From: Oscillospiraceae bacterium
GTDB taxonomy: Bacteria; Bacillota; Clostridia; Oscillospirales; Acutalibacteraceae
Length of the DNA: 64,000 nt
NCBI GenBank assembly: GCA_015066465.1
Contig: SVOI01000002.1
Span: 44,154 to 108,153 of the forward strand
Direction of reading: 5' to 3'
The translations under genes were made by a program, and so were the position numbers. Of this stretch, positions 25,520 through 34,892 are shown in pieces. Every line of letters starts with the position of its first letter. The first letter of the stretch is position 1. Below the pieces are notes generated by a model, which was given only the letters and a program-made list of their open reading frames with translations, did not search any database and was not told the DNA's origin.

Positions 25520-27067
25520 TTAAACCTCTTCCGCTTTTCTTACCGCTTCATCAAAGCGTTTTGTTATTTCATCCGCTTCTGTGCGGTCTTTTATAATAGT
25601 ATTTTTAAATAAATTCTCTGCTTCTTCTTTAGATTCCAATAAATCATCTTTAATTTCCTGTGGCAAATCTTTTTTAAGTAACTCATCAACTCTCGGAAGA
25701 AGCCTGTATTTTATTCTGAAAATATCTCTTGACCCGTTGAATTGTGGGAATCGCGGGTCAGAATAAACGTCTTTAAAATCTTTGTTTGTAATAATCTCTT
25801 TACAAAGGCTCAAAGCAACGTCGTTATAAGCAGTATCATCATGCACCTGATATTTAAAGCAGAATGTAGAATCCGGAAAAATTGCAGTACCTAAATCAAC
25901 TGTTTTGTCAGGTGAAATATGGTTATGCTCTTTATTCTGACATCTGTCATAAACCGGCTCATAATCGTCTGGCAATTTCTTATCAGGTCCCGCTGAATAA
26001 CCACCTAAGGATGCAGATTTAAAATCTACGATTGTATCTGAATTAAGATTTTTAGTACCAGCGAATGGTAAAAGCGGTAAGCCATAACCACAGATTGAGA
26101 AAAACTCTGTTCCTTGTTTTTCAATCTTTGTGAGTAAATCTCTCAAATTGTTCTGTGCTTTAAAAAATCTGTCAGTCTTTTCTCTTAATACGTTATATTC
26201 TTCTCCAATAAGATATTTATCACGATATTCCTGATATTTTTCTCTTGGTATTACCGCCCACATACCTGGGCAATTAAGTAAAAACGTTTCTAAAAGAGCA
26301 TCTACTAATGCACAAACTATGTTTTCTGCAGTATCTTTATGGAATCTTTCTAAAAGCTTTTCTAAGCTCTCAATAGTTTTTGAATCTAAAAACATATTGA
26401 GTAAGGATGTAGGATTAGACAAATCAAGATTTTTTGAGAAAATATCTGCAATCAAAGTCGAACCGTTTGTTGCTGGAACGAAGTAGCAAACACGGTTAAC
26501 GTCACCCTGCTCGCCGTAAGCATCAAAATATGCAGTAGCAATTGAACCACCCAATGAAACCGGAATAAGATTCACTTTATCGTGACCAGTTTCTTTCTTT
26601 ACGTTCTGAATGTAATCGTTTAGTCGTCTTGCTGTTTCATAAGGTTGTCCGAATGAATTGTATGCGAAAAAGTAAAGATGGTCTTCACCTATAACTTCTG
26701 CAAGTTCTTCCATAGGAACCATTTTATATATGTAACGTTTATCATCTGCTGAGCAGTTTTTCAATGATTTACCTTCATAATCTACAATATGAAGATTTTC
26801 TGTTGAAACGCCTTCTTTGTTTACTCTTAAAGGTGTAACTGCTTCACTGATTGCCTTTTTTAAAGCTTTACAAAAAGCCTTATCGCTCTTTGTCAACAAA
26901 AGCAAAATTGCAGATGGTAATATTCTTTTTACCAATGGTTTCGTGTCAATATCCATAGGCCATGCAGATTTAATTCTCTTATTATCAGAAGAATATAAAT
27001 CAACCTTTGACTGACCGATACCGGGAACAATTATAGTAGGGCAATATTCACAAGTACATTTACTCAT
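25520..27067 (-). CDS. Lipase/LCAT-like alpha/beta-hydrolase (putative)
   Basis: 515 aa. N-terminal IIVPGIGQS and nucleophile-elbow-like IPVSLGGS. Its stop lies 3 nt from the next gene's start. Confidence 0.45.
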   Translation of the reverse strand: MSKCTCEYCPTIIVPGIGQSKVDLYSSDNKRIKSAWPMDIDTKPLVKRILPSAILLLLTKSDKAFCKALKKAISEAVTPLRVNKEGVSTENLHIVDYEGKSLKNCSADDKRYIYKMVPMEELAEVIGEDHLYFFAYNSFGQPYETARRLNDYIQNVKKETGHDKVNLIPVSLGGSIATAYFDAYGEQGDVNRVCYFVPATNGSTLIADIFSKNLDLSNPTSLLNMFLDSKTIESLEKLLERFHKDTAENIVCALVDALLETFLLNCPGMWAVIPREKYQEYRDKYLIGEEYNVLREKTDRFFKAQNNLRDLLTKIEKQGTEFFSICGYGLPLLPFAGTKNLNSDTIVDFKSASLGGYSAGPDKKLPDDYEPVYDRCQNKEHNHISPDKTVDLGTAIFPDSTFCFKYQVHDDTAYNDVALSLCKEIITNKDFKDVYSDPRFPQFNGSRDIFRIKYRLLPRVDELLKKDLPQEIKDDLLESKEEAENLFKNTIIKDRTEADEITKRFDEAVRKAEEV

Positions 27068-27273
27068 AGAAAAATAAAACCTTTCAGATTTTTTCGTAAC
27101 TTTTATTTTAACACATTATTTCTTTTCAAGCAATATAAAAGAATTAGTTATAATTACCAAAATACAACAGATAAGTTTGTAAAGTTTAAAATCACAATTT
27201 GATTGAAATAGCTATTTAGTTAGTGTAAAATTGTCTTAACTATATTACTATACTATATATAATAGGATTTTAT

Positions 27274-28017
27274 ATGAGCGATTTTATTTACACATTCCAG
27301 AAAGGGTTTAACTACTCTCAGGATGGGCCAGGCAACAGACTTGTTTATCATTTATCTGGTTGCAATATGTTCTGCCCGTGGTGTTCAAACCCCGAAGGAT
27401 TAAAACGAACAGACAACTCACAAAAACGTAGCATCAATGAAATTTTTGATGAAATTCTGTCTTGCAGAACGATGTTTTTTGATAATGGAGGCGTCACCTT
27501 TACAGGTGGTGAGGTTTCATTACAGGCAGAGGCAGTTTCAACACTTTTTAAGATGCTAAAAAAAGAGAAAATTTCAACTTGCATTGAAACAAATGCATCT
27601 TTAAAAGACACTGAAAAGCTTATTGATGTTGTAGATTATATGATTGCAGATTTCAAATCCCCCAGTAAAGAAGTTTTAAAATCTGTAACTGGTGCAGATA
27701 TTGAAATAATTAAAGAAAATCTTTTAAAAAGAGCTATTACTAAAAAATATCTGCTTATAAGAATCCCTCTCATTAACAACTTTAATACAGGCGAAGAAAA
27801 CGCCCGTGGATTCACTGAATTTTTCAAAGAACTGCACGAGAAAAGTGGTAGTAACAACATATATATAGAAATTCTTACTTACCACGAGTATGGTAAGGAC
27901 AAATATAAAAAAGAGAATTTAGAATACAACTTTTCTGATGGTTTTGTTACACAACATCAAGTAGATATTTTAAAAACTGAATTAGTAAAAAACAATTTTA
28001 AAATTATTAAAACATAA
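27274..28017 (+). CDS. Glycyl-radical enzyme activating protein (radical SAM, PflA-sized)
   Basis: 247 aa. DGPGNRLVYHLSGCNMFCPWCSNPE (Cys30/34/37), GGVTFTGGE. No additional Cys-rich ferredoxin insert. Confidence 0.9.
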   Translation: MSDFIYTFQKGFNYSQDGPGNRLVYHLSGCNMFCPWCSNPEGLKRTDNSQKRSINEIFDEILSCRTMFFDNGGVTFTGGEVSLQAEAVSTLFKMLKKEKISTCIETNASLKDTEKLIDVVDYMIADFKSPSKEVLKSVTGADIEIIKENLLKRAITKKYLLIRIPLINNFNTGEENARGFTEFFKELHEKSGSNNIYIEILTYHEYGKDKYKKENLEYNFSDGFVTQHQVDILKTELVKNNFKIIKT

Positions 28018-28026
28018 GGTGATATT

Positions 28027-30393
28027 ATGTACGAATTTAATGCAACAAAATTAACTCAGATGGCAAATGATTTATTCAAAGAAGAAAGAGTCATTGATAA
28101 TCTTACTGGTTGGTTTATTATAAAAGAAACCGAAAGCAAATTTGAAGAAGAATATAAAGCTTTTTCACCAATGAAAAAGGCTGCTTTAAAATTCAAAGAA
28201 GCAATTAAGGTTTTACCACTTTCAATAAGTGATAATGCAATATTTGTGGGTACTCAGCGTGATGCCTTTGCAAGAAGCTATGCGCTTATTAACCCTACTT
28301 TTAAAGTTGAAACTTTTGCTGGTTACTGCGACCCTACTGCAGTTTATGACGATATTACACCTACAGAAGAATTCACAAAAGAAAGAATTGAGGCTTTAAG
28401 AGAAATTGACAAAAATACACCTTACGTTAAAGAACTCACAGAGGTTTATAATTCTTGTGAAAATTTGACTGGCGAAGTTGCATTTTTCATTGAACAGGTT
28501 ACTGGTCACTTAATTCCAGATATGAGAGTTGCCCTTAAATATGGTGTAAAAAAACTCATAGCTGATATTGATGAGAAATTATCCTCTTGCAGTGACGATA
28601 AAAAAGAAAATTACGAGGCAATGAAGATATCTTTAGAAGCATTACTTTTACTTACAGAAAGATATAAAAGCATTGCAGAAGAAAAACTTAAAAGTGCAGA
28701 TGGCGAACGTAAAGAACAATTAAAGCTTATGGTTGACACATTGAGTAAAGTTCCATTTGAAGGTGCAACTTCGTTTTATGAAGCAATTCAGAGTTACATT
28801 CTTTTATGGCAGACAATGTGTTTAGAACAAGCGCCAAACCCATTCGCATTCTCTGTTGGTAATGCAGACAGAATTTTTGAGCCATACAGAAAAATAAGCG
28901 GACTCGACAGAGAAACAACCGCAGCTCTTCTTAAGCACTTCCTCGTATTCTTCAACGTTGGTGACAGAAGCTGGGCAATTTCACAAAACTTAATCGTAAG
29001 TGGTCGTGATGAAGATGGTAATGATTTAACAAATGACACCACCTATGCACTTTTAGACGCTTATTACGATATGAACTTACCACAGCCAATTCTCTCTGTT
29101 AAATTACATAAAAATACACCTGACAAGTTATACGAAGAATTAGGCAGATTTTTATTCACACCTGGTTGCCTTACACCTTCACTTTTCAATGATGATTCTC
29201 TTTACGAAGTTTTATCAACTGCTGGTGTTGACATTGATGATATTAAAGATACATCAATCGCTGGTTGTCAGGAGCCTCTCATTATGGGTAAAGACAACGC
29301 CAACACAACTAACAGCTGGTTTAACTTAGGGAAAATTTTAGAACTCACATTAAACGATGGTTATTCAACTGTTACAGGTAAAAAAATCTGTGATTTACCA
29401 TCAGGTAACGCAGATGCATTAACGCTTTTAAAAACAGTCCGTGAAAGATTTTATAAAAATGCAGAATATTTCTGTGACGAAATGATTAAATCTGCAAATG
29501 GTGCCTCAAGAGCTATTTCTCATTTACCAGTTCCATTCTTAAGCACAGTTATGGGTGGTATTGAAACAGGCCACGATGTGAGAGATATTAAAAATCAAGG
29601 TACAAAATATAACGGTAGCGGTTGTCTTATTCACGGAACAAGCGTTGTAGCAGATTCCTTTACTGCAATTGATAAATTATTAAATGAACGTCCACAGGAT
29701 GCTGAACGTCTTTTAACTGCCTTAAAAAATAATTTTCAAGGTGACGAAGAATTAAGAGAATTCTTACTCTCTGCACCAAAATTTGGCAACAACAACGAAG
29801 CTGCAGATAATGAAGCTGTTGAAATAACCAACAAAATTGCTGACTTAGTAAGAAGTAAAAAGAATTACTTAGGTAATAATTTCAGACCAGACTTCTCTAC
29901 ACCATCAACGCATCTTCTTTATGGTTACTGGGTTGGTGCTTTGCCTTGCGGTAGAAAATCAAGAGATATGTTAAACTACGGCGTTGACCCACTTTACGGT
30001 GAAGCACAGAATGGTTTAGGCTTCAGAACTCTTTCTTTAATGAAATTACCATTCATAAAAATGTGCGGTGGTTACGCTTCTCACTTTGGTATTGACCCTA
30101 AATATTTTACAACTGATTCATATGAAAGCAAGGGTATTGAATTCAAAAACAAGGTTATGAAGCCACTCTTCTTTAATGAATTAAACAAAAACGTTGCACC
30201 ATTCTATTTATATGTAAACGTTACTACTGCTGAAATTTTAAGAAAAGTTTTAGCTGAACCAAAAAAATACGCACCAAGTGGCGTTTACATTATGAGAATT
30301 CACGGTACATTTGTTAATTTCCTTGATTTATCCCCTGCTATTCAGCAAGATATTATTACAAGGCTTGACCCACAATCTACAACAATTTGTTAG
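28027..30393 (+). CDS. Glycyl radical enzyme (PFL2/dehydratase-eliminase-like subclass), substrate unknown
   Basis: 788 aa. C-terminal glycyl motif YIMRIHGTFVNFLDLSPAIQQDIITR (Gly760). Single-Cys loop IAGCQEP (Cys414, Glu416) rather than the PFL Cys-Cys pair. Confidence 0.88.
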   Translation: MYEFNATKLTQMANDLFKEERVIDNLTGWFIIKETESKFEEEYKAFSPMKKAALKFKEAIKVLPLSISDNAIFVGTQRDAFARSYALINPTFKVETFAGYCDPTAVYDDITPTEEFTKERIEALREIDKNTPYVKELTEVYNSCENLTGEVAFFIEQVTGHLIPDMRVALKYGVKKLIADIDEKLSSCSDDKKENYEAMKISLEALLLLTERYKSIAEEKLKSADGERKEQLKLMVDTLSKVPFEGATSFYEAIQSYILLWQTMCLEQAPNPFAFSVGNADRIFEPYRKISGLDRETTAALLKHFLVFFNVGDRSWAISQNLIVSGRDEDGNDLTNDTTYALLDAYYDMNLPQPILSVKLHKNTPDKLYEELGRFLFTPGCLTPSLFNDDSLYEVLSTAGVDIDDIKDTSIAGCQEPLIMGKDNANTTNSWFNLGKILELTLNDGYSTVTGKKICDLPSGNADALTLLKTVRERFYKNAEYFCDEMIKSANGASRAISHLPVPFLSTVMGGIETGHDVRDIKNQGTKYNGSGCLIHGTSVVADSFTAIDKLLNERPQDAERLLTALKNNFQGDEELREFLLSAPKFGNNNEAADNEAVEITNKIADLVRSKKNYLGNNFRPDFSTPSTHLLYGYWVGALPCGRKSRDMLNYGVDPLYGEAQNGLGFRTLSLMKLPFIKMCGGYASHFGIDPKYFTTDSYESKGIEFKNKVMKPLFFNELNKNVAPFYLYVNVTTAEILRKVLAEPKKYAPSGVYIMRIHGTFVNFLDLSPAIQQDIITRLDPQSTTIC

Positions 30394-30407
30394 GATGATA
30401 TTATTTT

Positions 30408-31787
30408 ATGAGTATTTTAGGTATTGATATAGGAACAACAACTATAACTGCATTACTTTTAAGTGAAAATCGTGGCAGACTTATTGATAAAGTTACGTTA
30501 AAAAACGATTCTTTTATAAGTGGTGACTTACACTTCGCACGACTTCAGGATCCCGAGGTTATTCTTGATACTGTTATTGAAGCAGTAACTAAAATAACCG
30601 ATGGCAGTGACGTTTCTGCAATAGGTGTTACAGGGCAGATGCACGGTATTCTTTACCTTGACGAAAACAACGCCCCTGCTTCACCGCTTTTCACCTGGCA
30701 GGATTTACGTGGCAATGAAAAATTTGAAGGTGGCATGACTTACGCTGAGTATCTTACAGAGAACTCTGGCCATAAAGCTGCCACTGGATATGGTCTTACC
30801 ACTCATTTTTATAATTTAAAAAACAGACTCGTTCCAAAAAGAGCACGAAAGATTTCTACAATTCACGATTACATCGTTTCACATTTAACAGACTCAGTTC
30901 CTGTTACTCACTCGAGTGATGCAGCAAGTCTTGGTTTTTATGATTTAAGACATCATCAGTTTGATAATGTCGCACTTTTAGAAGCTGGTATTGACCCTGA
31001 ATTTTTACCAAAGGTGGTAAAAAACACAAGAATTGCCGGTACTACAAAATGCGAGTTTTTGCCAGATGGAATTCCTGTAGCAGTTGCTATTGGTGATAAT
31101 CAGGCAAGCTTTATCGGCTCAATGATTAACCCAGATAAATCAATTTTAGTAAACGTGGGTACAGGTAGCCAGATTTCATTCATAACAACATCGTTGAAAG
31201 CAACTGAATCAGGCGAAACAAGACCATTAACTGATGACGAATACATTTTTGTTTGTTCCTCACTTTGCGGTGGCAGGTCTTACCAGATTCTTAGAAACTT
31301 CTTCATCTCATGTATGGACTTTTTAGGTGGAACAGAAGACGACATTTATAAGAAAATGGATGAGCTTTCTGAGGAAATATATAATTTAAAAAACCCTCTT
31401 AAAATCAACTGTGAATTTGCAGGAACAAGAGCTCACCCTGAAAAGCGTGGTTCAATTGAAAATATTTCGACAGAAAACTTTACACCAACTCATTTAATCT
31501 GCGGATTTCTTACAGGTGTTGCAGATGAACTTAAAATGTTATATGAAGAATCAAAATCTCATATCGCCTTTAATCCAAGAGTGCTTATAGGTTCTGGTAA
31601 TGGTTTGAGAAAGAGTGAAGTATGGCGAAGCATTTTCGAAAAAGAATTCGATTTAGATTTAGTTTTACCAAAACATTCTGAAGAGGCTGCAGTTGGTGCT
31701 TGTATTTTTGCAGCTACTGCTAATAGTAAATACAGAAACATAAGAGAAGCACAAAAAGCGCTTTTAGGAGGACACAATGAATTATAA
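30408..31787 (+). CDS. FGGY-family carbohydrate kinase (sedoheptulokinase/xylulokinase-like)
   Basis: 459 aa. ILGIDIGTTTITALL phosphate-1 motif, GVTGQMHGILYLD, C-terminal GSGNGLRKS. Confidence 0.8.
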   Translation: MSILGIDIGTTTITALLLSENRGRLIDKVTLKNDSFISGDLHFARLQDPEVILDTVIEAVTKITDGSDVSAIGVTGQMHGILYLDENNAPASPLFTWQDLRGNEKFEGGMTYAEYLTENSGHKAATGYGLTTHFYNLKNRLVPKRARKISTIHDYIVSHLTDSVPVTHSSDAASLGFYDLRHHQFDNVALLEAGIDPEFLPKVVKNTRIAGTTKCEFLPDGIPVAVAIGDNQASFIGSMINPDKSILVNVGTGSQISFITTSLKATESGETRPLTDDEYIFVCSSLCGGRSYQILRNFFISCMDFLGGTEDDIYKKMDELSEEIYNLKNPLKINCEFAGTRAHPEKRGSIENISTENFTPTHLICGFLTGVADELKMLYEESKSHIAFNPRVLIGSGNGLRKSEVWRSIFEKEFDLDLVLPKHSEEAAVGACIFAATANSKYRNIREAQKALLGGHNEL

Positions 31788-32838
31788 AGAATATGCTAAA
31801 AAACCGATATTTTTTGAAAAAAACCGAGTTTTCAGAGTTTATTTAGGTGGCAAACTTTTTTCTGATTTTTTCGGTGATGATAGCGAAGATTCATTTTATC
31901 CGGAAGAATGGATTTGTTCATCTACAAAAGCATTGAACGATGGTAGTAAGGATGAATTTGAAGGCATTTCAAAAATAAAAGGAGCTGACATTTATTTTAA
32001 TCAGCTCATTGAAGCGGAAAAAGAGTTGATGTTAGGTGACAGAGATGGTCTCGACGTACTCGTAAAAGCTCTCGACTCTGCAATACGTTTACCTGTTCAG
32101 GCTCATCCAGATAAAGAATTCTCAAGAAAGCATTTCAATTCAGAATTCGGTAAAGCAGAAGCCTGGCTTATTTTAGCTACAAGACCAGATGCTCATATTT
32201 TCTTTGGTTTTAAAGATGATATTACTAAAGAAGATTTAGAAAAGGCTGTTGAGGACAGTGAACACGATAAAGATGCAATGGAAAGATTCGTAAACAAATT
32301 CCCGGTAGCTCCTGGCGACGTTTACTTTATTCCTGCAAAGGCAATTCACGCTATTGGTAAAGGTTGTCTCATTTTAGAAATTCAGGAACCTACCGATTTT
32401 ACAATTCAGCCTGAAAGACTTTGTGGTGATTACAGATTATCTGATAAGCAGATGTATCTTGATTTAGATAAAGAAACTGCGCTTTCTGTTTTTGATTATT
32501 CATATAACAAAGAGCGTGTGTTAAATGAATGTCGAAAAACACCGACTATTATTTCTAACGAAAACAATTGTATTAAGTCAGTTCTTATCAGCAAAGAAGA
32601 TACACCATGTTTTTCACTCCATAGATATGAAATATCAAATGGTAAAACAGAAAAGCTTTCTGCACCAGTTATTTACGTTGTTACAGATGGAAAAGGTACT
32701 CTTACAAACGGTAATGAATATATAGATATCAAAAAAGGCGATTATTTCTTTATGCCATATTCATGTAATAAAGAATATTTTGTTGAAGCGAGTGACAAAT
32801 TGACTTTAGCTGCTTGTATTCCGCCTGAAAGGATTTAA
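31777..32838 (+). CDS. Type I phosphomannose-isomerase-like cupin
   Basis: 353 aa. Metal-site motifs VQAHPDK, GKAEAWLIL, AIHAIG. Overlaps the kinase gene by 11 nt. Confidence 0.75.
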   Translation: MNYKEYAKKPIFFEKNRVFRVYLGGKLFSDFFGDDSEDSFYPEEWICSSTKALNDGSKDEFEGISKIKGADIYFNQLIEAEKELMLGDRDGLDVLVKALDSAIRLPVQAHPDKEFSRKHFNSEFGKAEAWLILATRPDAHIFFGFKDDITKEDLEKAVEDSEHDKDAMERFVNKFPVAPGDVYFIPAKAIHAIGKGCLILEIQEPTDFTIQPERLCGDYRLSDKQMYLDLDKETALSVFDYSYNKERVLNECRKTPTIISNENNCIKSVLISKEDTPCFSLHRYEISNGKTEKLSAPVIYVVTDGKGTLTNGNEYIDIKKGDYFFMPYSCNKEYFVEASDKLTLAACIPPERI

Positions 32839-32840
32839 GT

Positions 32841-33296
32841 ATGGCTAAAGAAAATTTTAATTCAATTGACTCTAATGATTTTTATTCACTTGCAAAATAT
32901 TACGAATCGAATGAAGACTATAATAGTGCACTCGAATATTACAAAAAATATTTTAGTGAGAATCCTTCAATAGAAGGAGAAAATAAAATTCTTTTAAAAA
33001 TAAATTTATTAAAAAATAATTTCACATACTCCGAAGAAATAAAAGAATTACTTTTTAAGAGTTACGGCGAATATGACCTCGGTCTTCGTAACGACAGAAT
33101 TTATGAAAATATTGCTGAATATTTATTTTTTAAAAATGAAAACAATATTGAAAAAGCAGAAGAAAAAAGGATAGATTTAAAAGCGTTATTAAAATATGGT
33201 CAATTACCATTACTCGATGTAATCATCAGAAAAGATAGTATTTTCAACGTTTTAGACGTACCAGTTGAAGTTATAAACTTTATAGAAAAATTATAA
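32841..33296 (+). CDS. Hypothetical protein (TPR-like N-terminus)
   Basis: 151 aa, FYSLAKYYESNEDYNSALEYYKKYF. Starts 2 nt after the PMI-like stop. Confidence 0.55.
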   Translation: MAKENFNSIDSNDFYSLAKYYESNEDYNSALEYYKKYFSENPSIEGENKILLKINLLKNNFTYSEEIKELLFKSYGEYDLGLRNDRIYENIAEYLFFKNENNIEKAEEKRIDLKALLKYGQLPLLDVIIRKDSIFNVLDVPVEVINFIEKL

Positions 33297-33300
33297 AATA

Positions 33301-33345
33301 AATAAACCGCAATTGTTTTAAAATTAATTGCGGTTTATTTTTATT
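33301..33345 (+). terminator. Intrinsic terminator of the GRE operon
   Basis: AAACCGCAATT-11 nt-AATTGCGGTTT followed by ATTTTTATT. Confidence 0.8.
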
Positions 33346-33732
33346 ATTAATACAATTGTTTTTTAATATGCTTTTATTTTTGTTTTTATTTAATTTCATA
33401 CTTGCATTTTAAGTGTGATTTTCATATTTTAGATTTTTATATTTTATTTTTTGTTTTTATAACCCAAATTCATTTTCCGATATTTTTTCTTTTTTATGTT
33501 TACTTTTTGTTTTAGCATTTAAAAATTTTTATTTTCGAAAAATTTTCTATCCAAATTTTGAATTTGTTTTTTACTATTTTTTCAATAAAAATAATTACAA
33601 AAATAAATACAATAAAACAAAAAACAAATATTAAAAATACGATTCGAAAATTCTTGAAAATTGAAATATATAAAACAAAAAAGCAATGCAAAAATCAAAA
33701 ACCCAAAATAATATTCAAATTAATAATTTACT
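33346..33732. other. Extremely AT-rich, strand-asymmetric non-coding tract
   Basis: About 390 bp between two facing terminators. T-tracts dominate the plus strand up to about 33590 and A-tracts after that. The TTTTTGTTTTTAT motif recurs in both orientations. The only ORF is low-complexity (K/I/T). Confidence 0.7.
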
Positions 33733-33771
33733 CAAAAAAATAAAAACCTCGGTTTTTTTATTTAACCGAAG
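33733..33771 (-). terminator. Intrinsic terminator of the GT2 gene
   Basis: Minus strand reads CTTCGGTT-loop-AACCGAGG followed by TTTTTATTTTTTT. Confidence 0.7.
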
Positions 33772-33795
33772 TTTTTTATTTTCATTTTTTTATTT

Positions 33796-34872
33796 TTATA
33801 AATTTTTAAGTCTCTCTGTTGCCTGTTTGTACCCCTGACGTTGCGCTAACTGGTAGTATTCCTTAGCTTTAGCGGTGTTTCCAGTCACTTCATAAAACAC
33901 ACCTAAATTATATGATGCTTTAAACGTACCGCAACCAACTACACCTTCATAATATTTATTTTCACCAATTTCTAAACATTTTAAAAATGATTTTTCAATT
34001 TCAAAAAAATATTCCATATATTTTTCTACATTTGCTAAAACTGTTTGCATATAATAAACACCACATGCAAAATAAAAATCTGGTTCAGAATTAAATTTAT
34101 TTTTTTCTTTTTCTATTAATTCTAATCCGTCATCATATTTTTTTAATTCTAATAAATTATATAAATACGAAACAATTCCGACCTTACGATAATTCGCAGT
34201 AACATTTTTTGAATTTTCATAAAATTCTTTAAAATATTTATCTGCCTCTTCATATCTTTTTAAAACCCATAATGTTTTAGAAATCTGATAAAGCGTATAA
34301 GGATTTTCAGAATCCTCTTTATATTGCTCTAATAATATCTCTAAATTTCTTTCGCCTTTACCATCCTGAAGATATCCGTCGTGGTCAAAAACCAAAGGTA
34401 ATTGAATGCCTTTAAACTGTGAATCAACCTGCTCGTGAATTGCACCACGATATCTAACACCTTTAGGCATAATTCTTGGAATAAAGGTTTTGCTTTTGCT
34501 TATAGCATCATCATCTTCTTTATAGTAGTCAATTCTTTCAACGTAACCTATTGCTTCACTCAGAGATAAAAACTTCTCTATATCTTTTCTTTTACCACTG
34601 ATTAAGTATTCATCAGCATCAAGAACTAAATTCCAATCACAATCTGATTGTTCTAAAGAGAAGTTTCGAGCCTCAGAAAAATCATTAACCCAATCAAAAT
34701 GCGATATATGTGCACCGAATTTCTTAGCAATCTCGACTGTTCTGTCAGTAGAACCTGTATCTGTTATGTAAATTTCATCAACAAGGTTTCTTACAGCTTT
34801 TAAGCACTTTTCAAGTGAACGTTCTTCGTTCTTCACAATCATTACTAAGCCTAATTTTTTCTTATCAGCCAT
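33796..34872 (-). CDS. Family-2 glycosyltransferase with C-terminal TPR-like repeats
   Basis: 358 aa. GLVMIVKNEERSL, DTGSTD, LDADE motifs. The C-terminal half has helical repeats. Confidence 0.8.
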   Translation of the reverse strand: MADKKKLGLVMIVKNEERSLEKCLKAVRNLVDEIYITDTGSTDRTVEIAKKFGAHISHFDWVNDFSEARNFSLEQSDCDWNLVLDADEYLISGKRKDIEKFLSLSEAIGYVERIDYYKEDDDAISKSKTFIPRIMPKGVRYRGAIHEQVDSQFKGIQLPLVFDHDGYLQDGKGERNLEILLEQYKEDSENPYTLYQISKTLWVLKRYEEADKYFKEFYENSKNVTANYRKVGIVSYLYNLLELKKYDDGLELIEKEKNKFNSEPDFYFACGVYYMQTVLANVEKYMEYFFEIEKSFLKCLEIGENKYYEGVVGCGTFKASYNLGVFYEVTGNTAKAKEYYQLAQRQGYKQATERLKNL

Positions 34873-34892
34873 ACTAAAATTCTCCTTGTCGG

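Noticed and set aside
33346-33732. AT-rich tract as a large perfect palindrome or cruciform, or as a replication origin
   Set aside because: Reverse-complementing the A-rich half and aligning it by eye to the T-rich half gave only short shared motifs. Several motifs (ACCCAAA, TTCGAAAA) are direct rather than inverted. No DnaA boxes were found.
33558-33743. 61-aa plus-strand ORF in the AT-rich spacer (MNLFFTIFSIKIITKINTIKQK...)
   Set aside because: It is a pure low-complexity K/I/T translation of an A-tract. It has no RBS and lies between two facing terminators.
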